The notes beneath the pieces are model-generated. The model was not told where the DNA came from. It saw only the letters and a program-made list of their open reading frames with translations, and searched no databases. A stretch of 64,000 nucleotides of DNA from the NCBI GenBank assembly GCA_040954595.2, contig CM082592.2:11168017-11232016 (forward strand), read 5' to 3'. This document shows positions 12,401 to 27,400 of the stretch, piece by piece; position 1 is the first letter of the stretch, and the number at the start of each line of letters is the position of its first letter. Source of the stretch: Balanoglossus misakiensis (taxonomy: Eukaryota; Animalia; Hemichordata). A program made the translations under genes and the position numbers.

Positions 12401-15400
12401 TATGGTGTGATTTTGAATCCTTTGAATGGCATAGCTGTGGCAAATTTTGAATTAGAGTTTGAATAACTGTACATGTACAGCTTTTGTACTTTGTATGTTA
12501 TTAAAATTAAAAGCATAGCTATGAACAAATTGGTGTTAACATGGAGGAGCGCACACACATGAATGAACAGCACCTGGGTACATTTTGTGATCAAGTATCC
12601 TCTAGAGGGCGTACTTCTGTGCATGTAAATGAAGATGTGTCGTCATCCTGTTGCCAAGGGTTTTAAATGTGTAATAAAGGTCTCAAATTCATCTTTTACC
12701 TCTAGCTGAAATAAAGTTGTTGTTAAATGGACTAGTCACACCCTCCATCATCTAAACTGTACTGCCCCATTGGCCAGACTTTGTGAAGTTTGTCCTTGGC
12801 AATATCAAAAAGGTTGCCGTCACGTACAGTCACCCTGGTATTTTGATGGCATTCACTTCAGTGAGAACATGTGTTGTGATGGATACTTGTACCTCACAGT
12901 TGGACTGGATTGTAATGTGTATGATAGCCGTCCTTGTAAGTCTTGTGACTTCGTGCCATAATTTAATGCCGAGGAATGCAGGAAATGGGTGACTGCCGAC
13001 AGCACAACCCTGACATTTGTCAGAAATGTTGATAGACCAGTGTATTTAATACTGGTGCCATCTACAACCATGTCAGCTGTTCTGTATCAAAGCAAGCCAC
13101 AGTAACAAATGAGTGGGTACTCAACTGTGCTGTCTGGAAACAACTAGTTTGTGGTTTCACACTGAATTCAACATGTTTTAGTCATTATTGAGTGGGCTGA
13201 ATATTTTTTTTCTTGGCTGTGTCTGTCAGCATGACATATATTTCATTGTATGTCTACATGTACGCCACCCACTCCACTAATCAGAACCTGGGTGAAAATG
13301 AAGGATAGAAGTTTGTTCTCATATTTAACTAGGGGATTCCCTGCACATCAATTTCTCTTTCTCTGTGTGATAGCTTCCTAAATTTGTCTGTAATGAATAT
13401 GCACATGTTTGTCATGTTTTCCTTATAAAGAAACTCTATTCAAGGACCCCATTGAAAAGACTGTGTCACACACAATAGTGTTGTCCTATTTGAGTGCAGT
13501 GGGCTGGGAGTCTTGACCCCGTTTCGGCTGTTGGGTCACATTTCTACCTCTACGTACTACACACAGAGTGCGTCACTGGTAGGTTGTTTACCTAATTCTT
13601 TGGAAGGGCGATGGGATTTGCCCGTTGGAATGTATTATGGGGTTGAAGAGAGATGAACTCTGTGTGTGTGTTCTTGACGCTGTCTTGAAGAGCCGCTACA
13701 GATTTGGTGAGTTTCTTGCATAGGTTAAAATGTGTTTGGGATTTCCTGTTCTTCAAGTATTGGATGGGCGTCACGCGTGCAGTTTGTGGTATCTCCTTGA
13801 AATTTGTATTAGTAAGGTAAGATTTGAAAATGCATGTTGAACTCTCAACCACCTTATGTATAGCTGCCTTGAACACTTTCCCCAAAATGCTTATTTCTGT
13901 CTCTGCAGTCGAAATATCAAACACACTTGATACTCAAGGTGACTACGATCTTTTCAGAATGCTCATCCAACCTTTGCAAAACTGGCACAGATATTCAAAA
14001 GTCACCTCCTTGTCAGAGTTCATAGAAATTAGGGTAATTTTTGTTGTGTGGAATGACCATGATTTCACGCATTGTAAATGGTTAGAAATGATCAGATACT
14101 TTGTCAAAAGTTCGAGGTTAGACAAGTGTGTTGATTTGCAGAAATGTGATCTGATCTGTTCATATCGGATAACTTTGCCAGGCTGTGTAGGACGTCAGAC
14201 AAGCAGAGGTCATTGAACGGACGAATTTGATTTGTGTGCTGTGGGTCGTTACAATTCCAGACAGACAGACACACAAAGACAGACATTCTGTGACTTTCAT
14301 TTCATGTCAGAACAAACAAACTCAATGATATTCACACTACTCTGCTGTTTGCGCAAACATGTATAACTTGGGGGACTCGGAACAATAGATGACAGTCTAT
14401 CCTCCGACTGATGGTAGATACCACACTAAACATGTTGCACTGCCATATGATGAAGTGCACTGAAAAAATTGATAGCTTGACCTCATTTGCCAAGCCATAA
14501 TATTATTTTTAGGCGATATACGATGCATTCCAAAATACTGACTGGTTGATAGTCTGAAATTGCCTGATATGTCACTATAAAATGTTTTGTCTGTTGAGTT
14601 TTGTGATCAGATCTTTTAATAAAAGTGATGAGTATCATAGTTAATAATATTGAGTTATTTCTAAGAGTAGCTATTGGTGATTGAAGATCCTTGTGTGGGT
14701 AAGATGGCACAGAATTGTACGGAGTCCTCATCTGTTGGCAATTAACATTAATTTTAGACTTAGGATCACCAAATGCAGTAGCTCTCAAACTCAACAGCTC
14801 AACTCCCGGGGCTTCTGTGCGATTCTAAAAATACAGTTGTGGTTTGTATATGTTAATGGGAGGTAGTTGGTAGATATGATGTCATCGATTGGCTGGTTGG
14901 CAGGCTGTATGGTACAAGTGATGTATGGTGCTGTTACAGGGTAACAGCATCCTGGATCTATGCTCTCTTGCAACCATCAGGCACGGCTGTCACATGCCAT
15001 GCATATTTAATCTGTGACCCCAGCCCCGTCGCTGCAGTTTGGTCATTGTCATCAGTCAGCATTGCATCGTGGACCAAGTCTAGACTTGCCGGTTCCTTTC
15101 TTGTTAAATCATCGGAAAGTTCGTCACTTCCAGTTCCTCTGTTTTTGTTTGGCTTTGATTCAATGCGCTGCATGTTGGCGTTCCAGCAAGCAATGTGACT
15201 GGGCCTGTCCGGGCCTCTGTGTTGATTTCTACTGGTAGAGTCCTCAGTACGGATCTGAACGTCATGGGGCCGGCTCCAGCTCTGAAATAATGATCCACAG
15301 TTATGCCAACACTTGGTGTCTTTACTGTCCTGCGGAAATGTAGGTTTTGTCGAAGGAAGCCTGTTATACATGGTTAGTATGTTTATTTTGCAAATTATGG

Positions 15401-18400
15401 AAATGTCAACTGTCCTCTGCAGAGGAACACACTGGTTGCATTCACTGCGTTCAGAGATTTGGTAATGATTATATCATCATTATCCCTCTTTAATATCTTG
15501 TCAATGTTACGTCAGCTGTTGATACAAAATGGACCCAGCAAAGCTCTATTTTTTTTTGGGTACAGACTTCCAGCAGTGAAATCTTCATCAAGCTGAATAC
15601 ATGTACTCTTAAGTCTTATATAAAATCATGACTTATTGCGAACCGTTTGTTTTCATAAGTTTCACATCCGTACCATAGTTAATAAGTCATCCATTTTCTA
15701 TCCGGATGTATAATTTTCTCATATTACATGTTAATATTCGTTCATACATTGTGTTACAAAACTTACAATAATCCAACATGAATATCCAGTTTAATGTTTC
15801 TCTTATTACCGTTTGTCTCGCCAAGGCTAGTGTCTCAAATCCTTGTGTCTCCCAGAGTGACTCAAATCATACCAATCTAACCCCTTTTCAGGGTCACACA
15901 TATTTGGTTCATTATTACTCCTGTAACATGATCAGTGAAACGTGGCCGGCAACAAAACCACCACATTACTTTTCCTTCCCATTAACCTTGCATTTTTATA
16001 TTCACATCAATTTATGATAACAATACTTTGTTATGCAACTCAGTGACAAGTTTTCACATGACCTCATTTCTCTTGGCGTATTGTTTCTCCAAAGATGACG
16101 TATTTTGGGTATGATTACTTTTGTTGAAATAAAATGCTATTGGCTTTTTTCAGCCTTCATATCAGCCATGATAATCCAAAACCTTGTGATCCTCTTGTGA
16201 ACATTGTTCTCCAGTACATCTTGACAAACAATGGTAGCACAAGCAAAACACCACCAAGATATGATTGATTTTGACTGCCCCTTCACTCACTGCCTTCTAC
16301 CAGTGGAAAGTGTTGAAGCAGTATTTAAGTCTATAAGTAAATAAAGAGACAGGCAGTCATAACACAGACAACAGTTGCACCATTTTCTAGATGACATTGG
16401 ATACTCGTACCAAGTGAGAGGAAACTACAGAGAACAATTGTTGCCAATCTCTTCCTGACATTTGACATTCAGAATCAACTAGAATTAGCACAATATAGCA
16501 TAGATTACAATTGAACCAATCCAAAGAATACATTGGACATGTGTTGCAACATAACAGGGCTAAACCAAGAGCATGGGTTTACATTACCATGGTTATTTGT
16601 CTTTGTTTATTCCAGATGATGAAGATGAGGTGACACCTACAGAGCCAGACAAAAACGATATCCAAAACACTTTACGGATGTTAAACAGCAAATTAGAAGA
16701 CCTAACCACTTGTAATGATCTCATAGCCAAGCATGGAGCTGCACTTCAACGGTCGTTGAGTGAATTGGAATTGATCCAAGACCCGGCTGAAGCCAGCAGC
16801 AAGATCAAGGCAGTCAATGAAAGAGCAACTCTCTTTAGGATAACGTCCAACGCCATGATAAATGTGAGTACACATTTTAAAGTAACATGATCAGTCGTCT
16901 TCACTGTCTTGTGTGTAATTTGTAAAGCTATGCTTCGGAATCTATCGTTCTGACCTAAATCTGCAATGTTTGCTGCCCTCTATACTACCATCAAGAAATT
17001 CCTTTGTTATAAATTAAGTCCTACATCTAACTAGTACAATATGGGAAATGACAAGCTTTGAATTTTTGTGATCCCTTGTGGCTTGTAACATTTTAGAGAA
17101 TTTAAACACATTGGCTGTTGATTAATATTGAAATTATTATCAATGCATCATGTTTTATATGATATTTGTTTGCTGTGTGATCATTGTTAATGTATTAAAT
17201 ATTTAATGCCTTGTGTTTCATGAAAAACCCGTGGTAGATCTGACTAAGTGAATAAAATTTCCCATCAGAATTAAGTAAAAACTCATTCGAAATAATATGT
17301 ACCTGAGTACATCTATGCGTTAGACTACAAATCTGGCATTTTAATTTCGCCTTTCTCAGCATAGAAATAATTAAGTTTCCGTAACTGGCCTGTCAAATCA
17401 ATTTACTCCTATAAGCAGCCACCTCTTCGATAATAGCATGTTCCAATTACAGTGATTTGAAGTATAAAACAGAGAATTTTACATACAAAACCAATTACCA
17501 CTTGACGTCACTGTAGCTGTGAACTCCCCCAACTGGCCATGCTCTGTGACCTTTGACCCAATCAGATCCGCTGATAGAAGGTTTCAGTTGTTTCCTGCAA
17601 ATCGGAGTCTAGATTTCTCTGCACTGAAACTCGAAGGTTCCTTCCTGGTTGTTCAGTCGAACGTCCTAGGCTTTGAGTAAACACCCAGTGGACAGACATC
17701 TCTAGTGCCCCAAGACTCTTTAATCCGTGAGTAAAGGTTTCTGTTTTGTATATAAATCCAGGTGACAATGTGTCTTAGATCACAGTGACGTATGACAGAT
17801 CCAAACACCTTCTCCATTACAAGGTTAAAACCGTGTCTGACTGGTTATGAAACAAGGTGCCAGCAAAACAGTGTCCACTTCCCTTGTAGAGATAAATTGT
17901 TAAATTGAAATTACCAGACTGCCAAGATAAAAGTTTGACCATGAACATGTTAGAGAAAAGGCTCATACCAGTAAAATTGTAAAAATGCTATTTTATCAGA
18001 ACAGCTCAGTGTTAGATTTCTTAGAAACCAAGAACAATACCTTCATTATATCTGCAATGACCATACATCATACAAGAGCAAATTTCATAAAACTGCCATT
18101 TTTTGACAAGAATGCAAACATAACCTTTAGCGAATGATTGAAATTTAGTAATACGTGTCTATTAATATGTTACATGTTTTAATATTGATCTATCCCAACA
18201 GAGAGAAAAAATGGAATTAATTTATGCTTTGTTTTGATAATTGAGTCGACTGGAGATCAAAACAGAATTGTGTATTTCAAGCTGCTATGATTTCTGACAC
18301 AAAAGAATATTAGAAATAGCAATTCCCTTATGTTGTCTTTTTCTAATATTGTGTCTCCTAAGATTAAGAACTTTTAATATGGTATAATCTCACATTCCCT

Positions 18401-21400
18401 AGAGTTGAAATTATTGGTACAAACAGACTGTCCTTGATGTGAAGGCTTCTCTTGTGTCCGGTTTCCAATACTTGATAATTTGTGTGTGTGTGTGTGTGCT
18501 TGAGAGAGGACTTTGTATTTGGCTCAAAAGAACAATTTTATTGATGGGTCAAGTTGTTTATCTGGACTTTGGTATCTATCTGTTTATCTACATATCTTGT
18601 GAATATGTGGGTTCACATGTGTGAAGTCAGACTATGCTATGTTGTCTGTTGTTTTTATGTGTGTCACCATTTCTGTTTGGAAACTATATTTTATGAGAAT
18701 TTCGTTATTTTTTATTATCAATTTTTTATGACTTTTCTTGTTTCTTATCTTCTACTTGTAACTAAATGGTGATAATTATCATCATCATTGTTGCATATTT
18801 CTTCCGTGAAAATGTTCACCTTTATAAAGGTGACTTTAAAGGATTCAGATTGCTAAGCAACAGTTGCTAAGGAAACCTTGTGAAGTCAATAAATGGAGAT
18901 GTTGATTTCCTTTGACAGAAAAAGAATTTACCGGTTGGACCACACAAAATAAACGGATGCAGTTTCAGTGTCATTCACCAGTGATGTTGCAGATATGCAA
19001 ATATGTACAGCTTTGTTCTAACCCTTCAATTCACCACCATGATTTTGTCCAAATCCACTGTTATCTTCTAATTCTATGGTAAAGTTGGACCTCAACATAG
19101 GGAAACAGTTTTCTCATGTGATGGTCAAGTAAGATGTAGTTGGAACCTTGCCAGCAACAGCAACCAACTCATGCATTGAATCCTTGGTGTATCGCCTTAA
19201 GTGAGAATAAATTTGATTTACTCTGGAAGATACAAGAAAGAACAGATGAGAATTGTTCATTCCTTGAGGAAAAAAGATTTCACTAGCATTTTTACCCTTT
19301 GATGATTACAGACGAACTTCGGTAATATGTTTTTATCACTTTGTCCATATTAATTTCCTCGCCCACGAGCTAGGGAGCTCACTTATCTAAAGGTAGACTT
19401 TCAAGTTGTTATCTGAGTAGGTGTATTGATTGCACGCACTGTTTTTCTGCGGCTTCTAGTATTAGAACAGCTCTCTTTGTAGGGAAAAAAAACCCTATTG
19501 ATTGTGCTGAGCTGAATTCCACTTTCCCTGCACATTGGCCCCCCTAGTTGTGGCAGTAATTGTATTCAAGTCGACATCCCGACCAGCAGTGACGTCTGCA
19601 CAACTCTAAATGCAGTCTACAGACCTCATTCATGTGAGGCCATCACAGAGGATCACAGTGTAGATCAAACATCTCTTACCCAGCCACTGGTTTTTCTGCA
19701 TCGGTTTCCTAAGACTCGTGTCAGATATTTCTCTCCTTCGCAAAGGTCAGTGTGTAACGCGCTAATCAGCGGTTTGTGCATAATTGGTCTTTTCTAGTCT
19801 TGTACGTGCATGTGTGTGTGTGTTCCTTGCTGCGTTTAACTCTGTAGTCGGGAAGCAAGGTTTCCTGGAGGCCAGTCTTAAATGTTGTTCAACAGAGCTG
19901 AGTCACACCAGTCTGTCTCAGTGGAATGACAGTTCTACCTGATGCCATAAACACAGCTTATTAGGGACATTTATCTATTTTGATCAAAACATTTATTGTC
20001 ATGACAGGTAAAAAAAATACCAAATGAACTTCTACCTACTGCCATTTGCTCTTCAGCCAATTTAATCCCCAGATTGTACCTTTTTCAAAAACAAGTTGTC
20101 ATTGTGGGACTGTTTCTGAAAACAAAGCAAGAGTGTGATTAAAATCAATACGTACATCAAATACCTGCTTTTACCTACCATAACAATCATTGATTTAACG
20201 CACCACAGTTCCTGTGCGGTCCATCATTGTCAAGGGTAAAACTAAATATATTCCTGTGAAAACGTGCTAGTCCTGGTACCCAAGTCGATGTCATTATATG
20301 AGTTTTATAGTGTCATATTTATAATTCGTAAATCAAATGCAGAACTTCTGAACCTTAAATATATTTTGTATATTAAACAGTGATACACCAAAGCTTGGCA
20401 TAACATCTAAGAAGGCACATGAATTGGACTGGTGAATACATGTATCCATGGAGAAATTTCATAGAAACTGGAATTTCATAGTTCAAGAGCTTATTAGCTT
20501 TGATAGAAATTAATGATTGGCCACAGAAATTTGTATAAAAATTGCTGATCTTGACAAATGCATGATCAGTAGAGTATGAAAATTAGGCAAAATATGTTGA
20601 TTTCATAATCGAAATGCCTGCTGTATTTTAAACTGTTTACTTTCAACTAACGTTTTGTAATTCTCTTTTTATTTAAAATATTGAATTGTGTATATAATGT
20701 GTGTGCATGCATGCATGTTGAAATACTGAAATATTCCAGGCTATCAAAATTTAATCGCGAAAAGTGCTCATTCCCTAATAATGTCAAGTTTGACTTTGAA
20801 GTGCCCAGTTCAAGGGCAGGTGTGATTCTGAGTTCCAGGCACCAAAAAATGCGTTGGATTTTCTCTCAGAGTTGCAAGGTGTAAGGTAGGGTCAGTATTC
20901 TTAATTTAATTTGCTTCTCGCTCAAGTAAAAGTTGGGAATATTAGTTTTACTGTTCAATAAATCATACAAGGAAACCACATTTGAATTAGATTCAAAATC
21001 TAAAATTGTTTTCAGGAACTAGTCTAGATATAACCATAATGGCGTGGTGAAATTACCCATCATGGAGGAAGTAATTTAGTATTCAGGGTGTCCCTCAACT
21101 AATTATATTTAATTGCTGTTTTGACAAAAGGTTCAACCCAAAAAAGTTGAAATATTCCCCAGGATAATTGAACAACTGGAATCCATAATGCCATGCATGG
21201 GCCACAAGTAAATTTAGATTTCTAATTCTCTAACTAACAGCATTAGGTACACTATTGAATAATTCTTATATTCAATTGAATGGAGTAATCTGTGAGCATT
21301 TTCAGTCAGCTGTCTGCTGTGTATTTTCAACTGGCGATAAGCCATCCACGTAGAGTGTGTCTTCAGGGGTTGGATCCTGGTTTTTTAGACAATCTGGTTT

Positions 21401-24400
21401 TGACTTGTTTGAACAAGTGCGAGTGTCATCATCACTCAGTGCTGGTCAGAGAATAAAATGGCAGCATTATGACAAAGGAATACTTTGGGGGTAAAGATAT
21501 GTTATTTTTAAAACATGGAAATGTGTTATTTTTAAATATATTTAATGTGAAAATAGAATCCAGTAATATATTATATTGTCTGAAAAAACGCCCAGCCCAG
21601 GACTCCTTTTCCCTGATAAGACGAGCAAGGATGTCAAATTGAATGCAGTTAAAGATAATTTTTTTCACAATACCATTTACGTAAGTACAGTGCAGACACA
21701 TGTATTACTCTTCTTGGCAATTTATCAGGATCTAAAATCTGTCCACTGCAACAGTCTGCTCAAGCCGCATGAAAATCTGGTGGACAGGTAAAACTTGCCT
21801 ATCTCATCTTTGTCTGGAGATTCTTAAGGGATACTGCATGTTACCATGGAAATGAGGGGTCGCAGAGGATGCAGTAATGGCTAGAGTGTAATGAATCAAT
21901 CATTTGTGTAATACATATAGCTTTACTAGAAATGTGTTGTTCTCTTGTATGTTGCTATTTGGTTGTGTGAATTTCATGTCGCTTTCAATAGTCCTGTCAT
22001 GATGGATAAAGATGCATTGCCAGTGTTTTATGTCACTGTCAACTGCCAGGCATTATGGAAGGTTTTGACCAGATGGAATTGTAAAAAAGTTAAACCCATT
22101 TCGAATTCATTGCAGTACTTCTTGAAATCCATCATTCTATTAATGTACAGATCTATATCAGTGTTCAGTAGACAAGTGTGTCTGCTTTCCAGAGTTTGAC
22201 AGATGTCAGTGATCAAATGATTCATCTAAAGGCAAATTGTCCTTGACCAGGTTGGCAGGAAAAGCCCCGCCAAAATATTTGCGAAGTTTCGTCAATAAAA
22301 TGCCGCACAAATGGAAGAAAAGATCTTGCCAGTCGCCCTAACCAGGAAAAGACATCTTAACCGTTGATGTGATTAGCGTCAAAGCACCAAACTCCGAGTG
22401 ACATTGACACAAATTATCCCCATGGAAACTAAGTGTACACTCAACAACACTCGCTACTGATGTACTTTGTTCAGTGTCCTCATTTCACCAGTATTCTTTC
22501 TATCACGGCAAAAATATCTAGCTGAATTGCGGAATAGTAGAAAATCACAGGTCGATTCATTGACAGACTCCTATTCCTCGGAGTTTACACAAGAGCCTAG
22601 AAGTGCTTAATCCATTCAACTTCCAAGCCCATTCACTCACACGCCTAGCTTCATGAGAAGTTATTCCCAGACAAATGATATTGGACACAAGTGTATAGAA
22701 GTGAGAGTGAAACCACTCGAAGTCATTGTTGTGGTGTGACCTTTGAACTTTGACCCCAGTAACCTGTGAGATCATGCAGGGATTTGACCCTATCCCACTC
22801 TCGATTACAGGGTTCAAAGAGGTTAATCCGTTTACCGCCGCCATAGTTTGGTGGAATCCAAATGTCGTCTCTGGTGTTGATTAGGTTTGTACCCAGGAGA
22901 ATGCAGTAGAAGAGTTAAAGGAGCAGTTTACTTTAGAAGATGTTTATAAGTGCATTGTGATGCTACTTGTTCCTAATGGACATGCACTGGTACAATGCTC
23001 AAGAAATATTGCTGTGCAAATATTAATTGTTGTGTCTAATAAATACTTAATGATCACATACAAAAGATAAGGTACGAACAGACTGCTGTCTTCATGTAAT
23101 TCTCAGATCAGTTTTTCAGCTATGACAAACCAGTCTTTATTCAGGTGTTTATAATAGCAGTGCATTAAACTTTGATGCTACAGTTTGTTCAGACATACAG
23201 AGGAAAGCCCAGTCTTTTTGTTCCTCCTTGTCTTCCGGGCATTGCATGGTCTAATGTCTTCTTTGTCAGGCGGAGTTACGGGCATTAGATGTTTACATTA
23301 ACTCCATCATGTGTAGATAATGGTAAAAGCATTTTTGCTCTTTCTATAAGATGGTATCTGATAATGCCGTGAGTCTTGAAAGGAGTTCTTGATTTGCCAT
23401 TTTTCATATAGTATGATATCTATCTGTTAATAGGTGATTCAGGCATAGAATAAACACACCATCACTATCACTGTATCAGAGCCACAAAGTTACGGCAAAT
23501 TATCTGGCATATACCTTTGTGTCATTCTATCACCAAACAAGGACACCATTTCATTGCATTGTGTCCTGTGGACTTAACAAGTCAGATAAATATTACATGC
23601 TCTGTCTGACTGATGATCATGTCGAGTCAAAGTTCAACTTTACAGGCTCTACTGTCGTCAGTGATGACATCATGAAGAGATGAATCCTACAGTAGTGGAG
23701 CACCATGTCAGTGTTTTTGACATTTGGGTACCTGGAAATTGTCGCGACTCAGATACTCTCTACGGATAACCCGTGTTTCAAACTACTCTCAGACCAATTT
23801 GTCATTTCCAGATACCCATTAAATGATACCTGCTATCTCTGGTCTTCAATATTTGAAAAGCAGTTTTATGGGGATATTAGGGAACAGTAAATGGCAGTTC
23901 TTTCCATGCGATCAGAATTTTCATCCAATTGTGGTCGTAATTGACTCGGGTAGAACAGCAGCTACATCATAAAGGACATCACCATTATGTAATAAACCAT
24001 CATCATGTTTGTATTTTGTATCTAATTGAATTGTTAAAATGGAGTGGTTCATTTATGCACAGGCAAGATATTAATCACACTAACTCAATTAGAATTCAAA
24101 AAAACAACCCAGGAAGATCTTCTGTAATGCTGTCTGTAAATTGTCAAAAAACGTTATAGATGCTCTTTTCAATAAACGATGTGGGAATTCTAATGAATTC
24201 AGAGAAGCGCAAATCAATTCATAGTTCGTGACATCTTGTGATGGCGTGCCTCCACTTCACTTTCTAATATGTGTAATCAATTTTGCAGTATGAATTATCG
24301 GTGTGTGTGTTTAAGCATCAGGGGTGAAATGATGATGAACCCTCTTACCCAATCAAGAGATTAGTGGAGGTTGTAGCAAGCAGAGTTGACCAGGGTTATT

Positions 24401-27400
24401 TAGGTAATATGCTAATTAGGGAGGTTCAGATTAAATGAACTGGGCAGTTTCAATGTGAACCTGTGTTAAGTAGCTGGGCTGTTATATTACTGAAACTTCC
24501 TTCCATGCGTCATCACAGCTGGTCTTTCCTGTTTGTTTACATCTTCTTTTTCAAAGCAAAGGTTGCTCTAACCTGGTTCTCAGTAACCCTGAGATGACAT
24601 ACACAACATAATGCAAAATTTATGCAAAGTGAAAGTATTCTTTGAATAATGAAATGATTAAACCTGAAAGGTGAATGTTGAATGGAATTCAGTGACCTTG
24701 CCTTTTTGACATCAGTGGAGACTGTTTTCTATAATATATTTTCCCTGGCTTTGTAGAGACAGAGTAGGAACATGATTTTCCACTCCACTGTCACAGTGGA
24801 ATTTTTTGCTCCAGAACAGGTTTTCGGATTTTCATCTCATTTTGGAGTTATTTACATCGGGCTGGTTTGGCCGATCTTCATATCAATAATTAGGCCACGA
24901 TTGTGACATACTGTACATAATATCTTGTTATAAATCCGCTGGTTGCTAGGCAGGCAGTGTAGCCATCTGATACTTGGCGGTTAAAATCCACAGACACTTT
25001 TCAGGTGGAGAGGGGGAAAATATAGAGCTCATGTATGTGGCAAGTGTATTCATTATTGATGTACAAATATGGGATAAAATTCTCATGTGGGAACAGGCCA
25101 GAGAATCCACCCCTATTTTGTTAATATTTTGGTATGGCCCGGTTCATTTTCTTTGGTCGCCTGATTTCAATGTTAAATGTCAGAAATTGAGTGTTGAACA
25201 AGAGTGGGAATTGTGTTGTACAAGTTATTCTTTAATGTAACTATTGGAGGCGATGTAGTCAGCCGAGAATGTTCCATAAATTTGCTCATGTATATTTGAT
25301 GTTTAGATTTCAGATCAGCTGGCCTGTGTGTCCGGTTGATTCCGACAGGCAAGATTCTTTGTATGCGGCTTTCAAGTCTTACGTCTTTTAATTTGATTTT
25401 CCCTCTCACAATAGCTGGATTATCGTGGTCAATTTTGTTAAATTACACGTAGTATCTCCAGCGTTGATTAACTGTGTTTCTCTCTCTCTCTCTCTGGTTG
25501 TTGTCTGCCAGGCATGTGCAGATTACCTGGACTTAGCTCAAACCCAAGGAAGGAAATGGCAAAGAGCACTTCAGTATGAGAGAGAACAGCGTCTCCGTTT
25601 GGAAGAAACTGTAGAAACACTTGCCAGACAACACAACACTTTGGAGAGGGCTTGTCGGGGAAATCTAACCGGTGACAATAAAGGCAATGCAACGGGTAAG
25701 GCACAGTTTATCTATACAACCTCTCTCTGTCAGTCAAGAAATACTCAAAATATCATATGATTTTTTGGTGTATTGCTTGAATATCTGTTCTTTTACTAGA
25801 TATGACCTCTGTACTGTACATCTTTACATCTACCCAGCCTGTGTTATTTCCCCCTCTTCTCTGTGCATTCTCTCTCCCAAGTTTCTTAGCTTTTGTTTTC
25901 GTTTCTGTATTGTTTTGTTTCTTTTTTGTTTCAATATCAGTTGATTTGGTTCGAGCCAAGAAATATGCCTCGGCTCCTACGATGTCCAGCAAAAATGGAG
26001 TTACATCAGAGGGGCTCTTTAGAACAGATACTGGCGGTAAATTCTTCTTCATAGACTTTTCCTTCTCACCGACTTCTCTCTCCTCTTCTCTTCCTCTTAA
26101 TCTATAATACTTGTATTTCTGCTGGGGTTTCCCTTTTTGTTGGACATTGCCAGTTGATGAATGTACCTTCACAAGACTTTTTTTGTGTATCTCTTCCTTA
26201 TAGGCACAGCACCTGATGAATATAGTGATGATGATAATGAATTTTTTGATGCTATAGAAGATTCACCCAGTTTTACAACCACAGTACAGTTACCCTCATC
26301 CCATATCAAAGGACACAGGTAATAAAAACTTAACAATGAATGATACAGCAACATGAAAAGCTATGTGGATAGCAACTTTGTTCCTAATAATAATAACTCG
26401 TGGAAAGTAAAATTGCGGGTAACATTCTGAACGTACATTGCTACAATGAACAATTTTCCCAACACTTGGAATGATCTGTTTCCCACCAGACGCACAGACA
26501 GTGGTGCTAGTGTAACCAGCATAGTGAGTAGTGAAGGTGCTGGTCCTAAATACGACGATCTCAGTAGTACAGATGATGAAATGTCAACGGATAGATCAGA
26601 ACGTGGCAATCTTATAACAATAAAGACTCAGGGACCACTTCCAAGAAGTGGTTCTGAACACAGCGTAAGTACATTCTTACTCCTTCAATTGAATGTGAGT
26701 CTACGTGCATTAAGTCTGGTGGACCAGTTAGCTATGGATATGTGTCTGTGTGTATACATGTATATATTTGTGTACCTGTGTGTGCATGATATGCGTGTGT
26801 GTGTGTTCACCCCAGCTTCCTGTTCCTTTGTTCTATCTGCTGCGTTGGATCAAAGTTTGATGATTGAAAGAGGAATTGACAACACAGGGCGATTTAAATG
26901 AGGTCATATTTTTTAGTCTGAGGAAGATATGATACGTAATGTAACTTTACATAAAAGTTAGTATCATTTATAAAAAGTATCAAGTCATTAACCTGACCAC
27001 GTAGTGCAAATAATTTGTGGATTGACTTCCTTCTAATGGCGTCTTTGCAGAATTTGTCTGATGCAAGCAGCAAAGGAAGCAGCAAGTCTAGTCAGTCCAG
27101 TTCACCGGTCCAACGGAAAGGACGGAAACGTCGCAAGGCAATCATGGAGAAGCCAAACATGAGCCTTAACTTGTGGAGCATTATGAAGAATTGTATAGGA
27201 AAGGAACTCTCCAAGATCCCAATGCCGGTGGGTAACGTTCTCAAGTTTGAATTTGTGTGTATCCATTGAAAACAGAGAAATTCTCTGGTCTATGCGAGTC
27301 TTCAGCTAGTTCAAAGACAACTGATAATATCCTTCTACAGAACCTTCACTTTGCAAAAATATGATCCTGCATTTACAGTTATATTCAATTTGATGTGACC

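Noticed and set aside
14958-15371. Cluster of overlapping short ORFs in a GC-richer patch of OSBP intron 2
   Set aside because: I found no motif and no donor in a phase compatible with the 16616 acceptor. It may be regulatory but cannot be supported as coding.
17581-17630. Possible pre-miRNA hairpin (GTTTCAGT...ACTGAAAC) in OSBP intron 3
   Set aside because: There are only ~8 bp of clean complementarity, and I recognise no known miRNA sequence.
25314-25348. Possible 35-nt OSBP micro-exon with a GC donor (CAG|GCAAG)
   Set aside because: It is frame-shifting between phase-0 exons with a non-canonical donor, and nothing else supports it.
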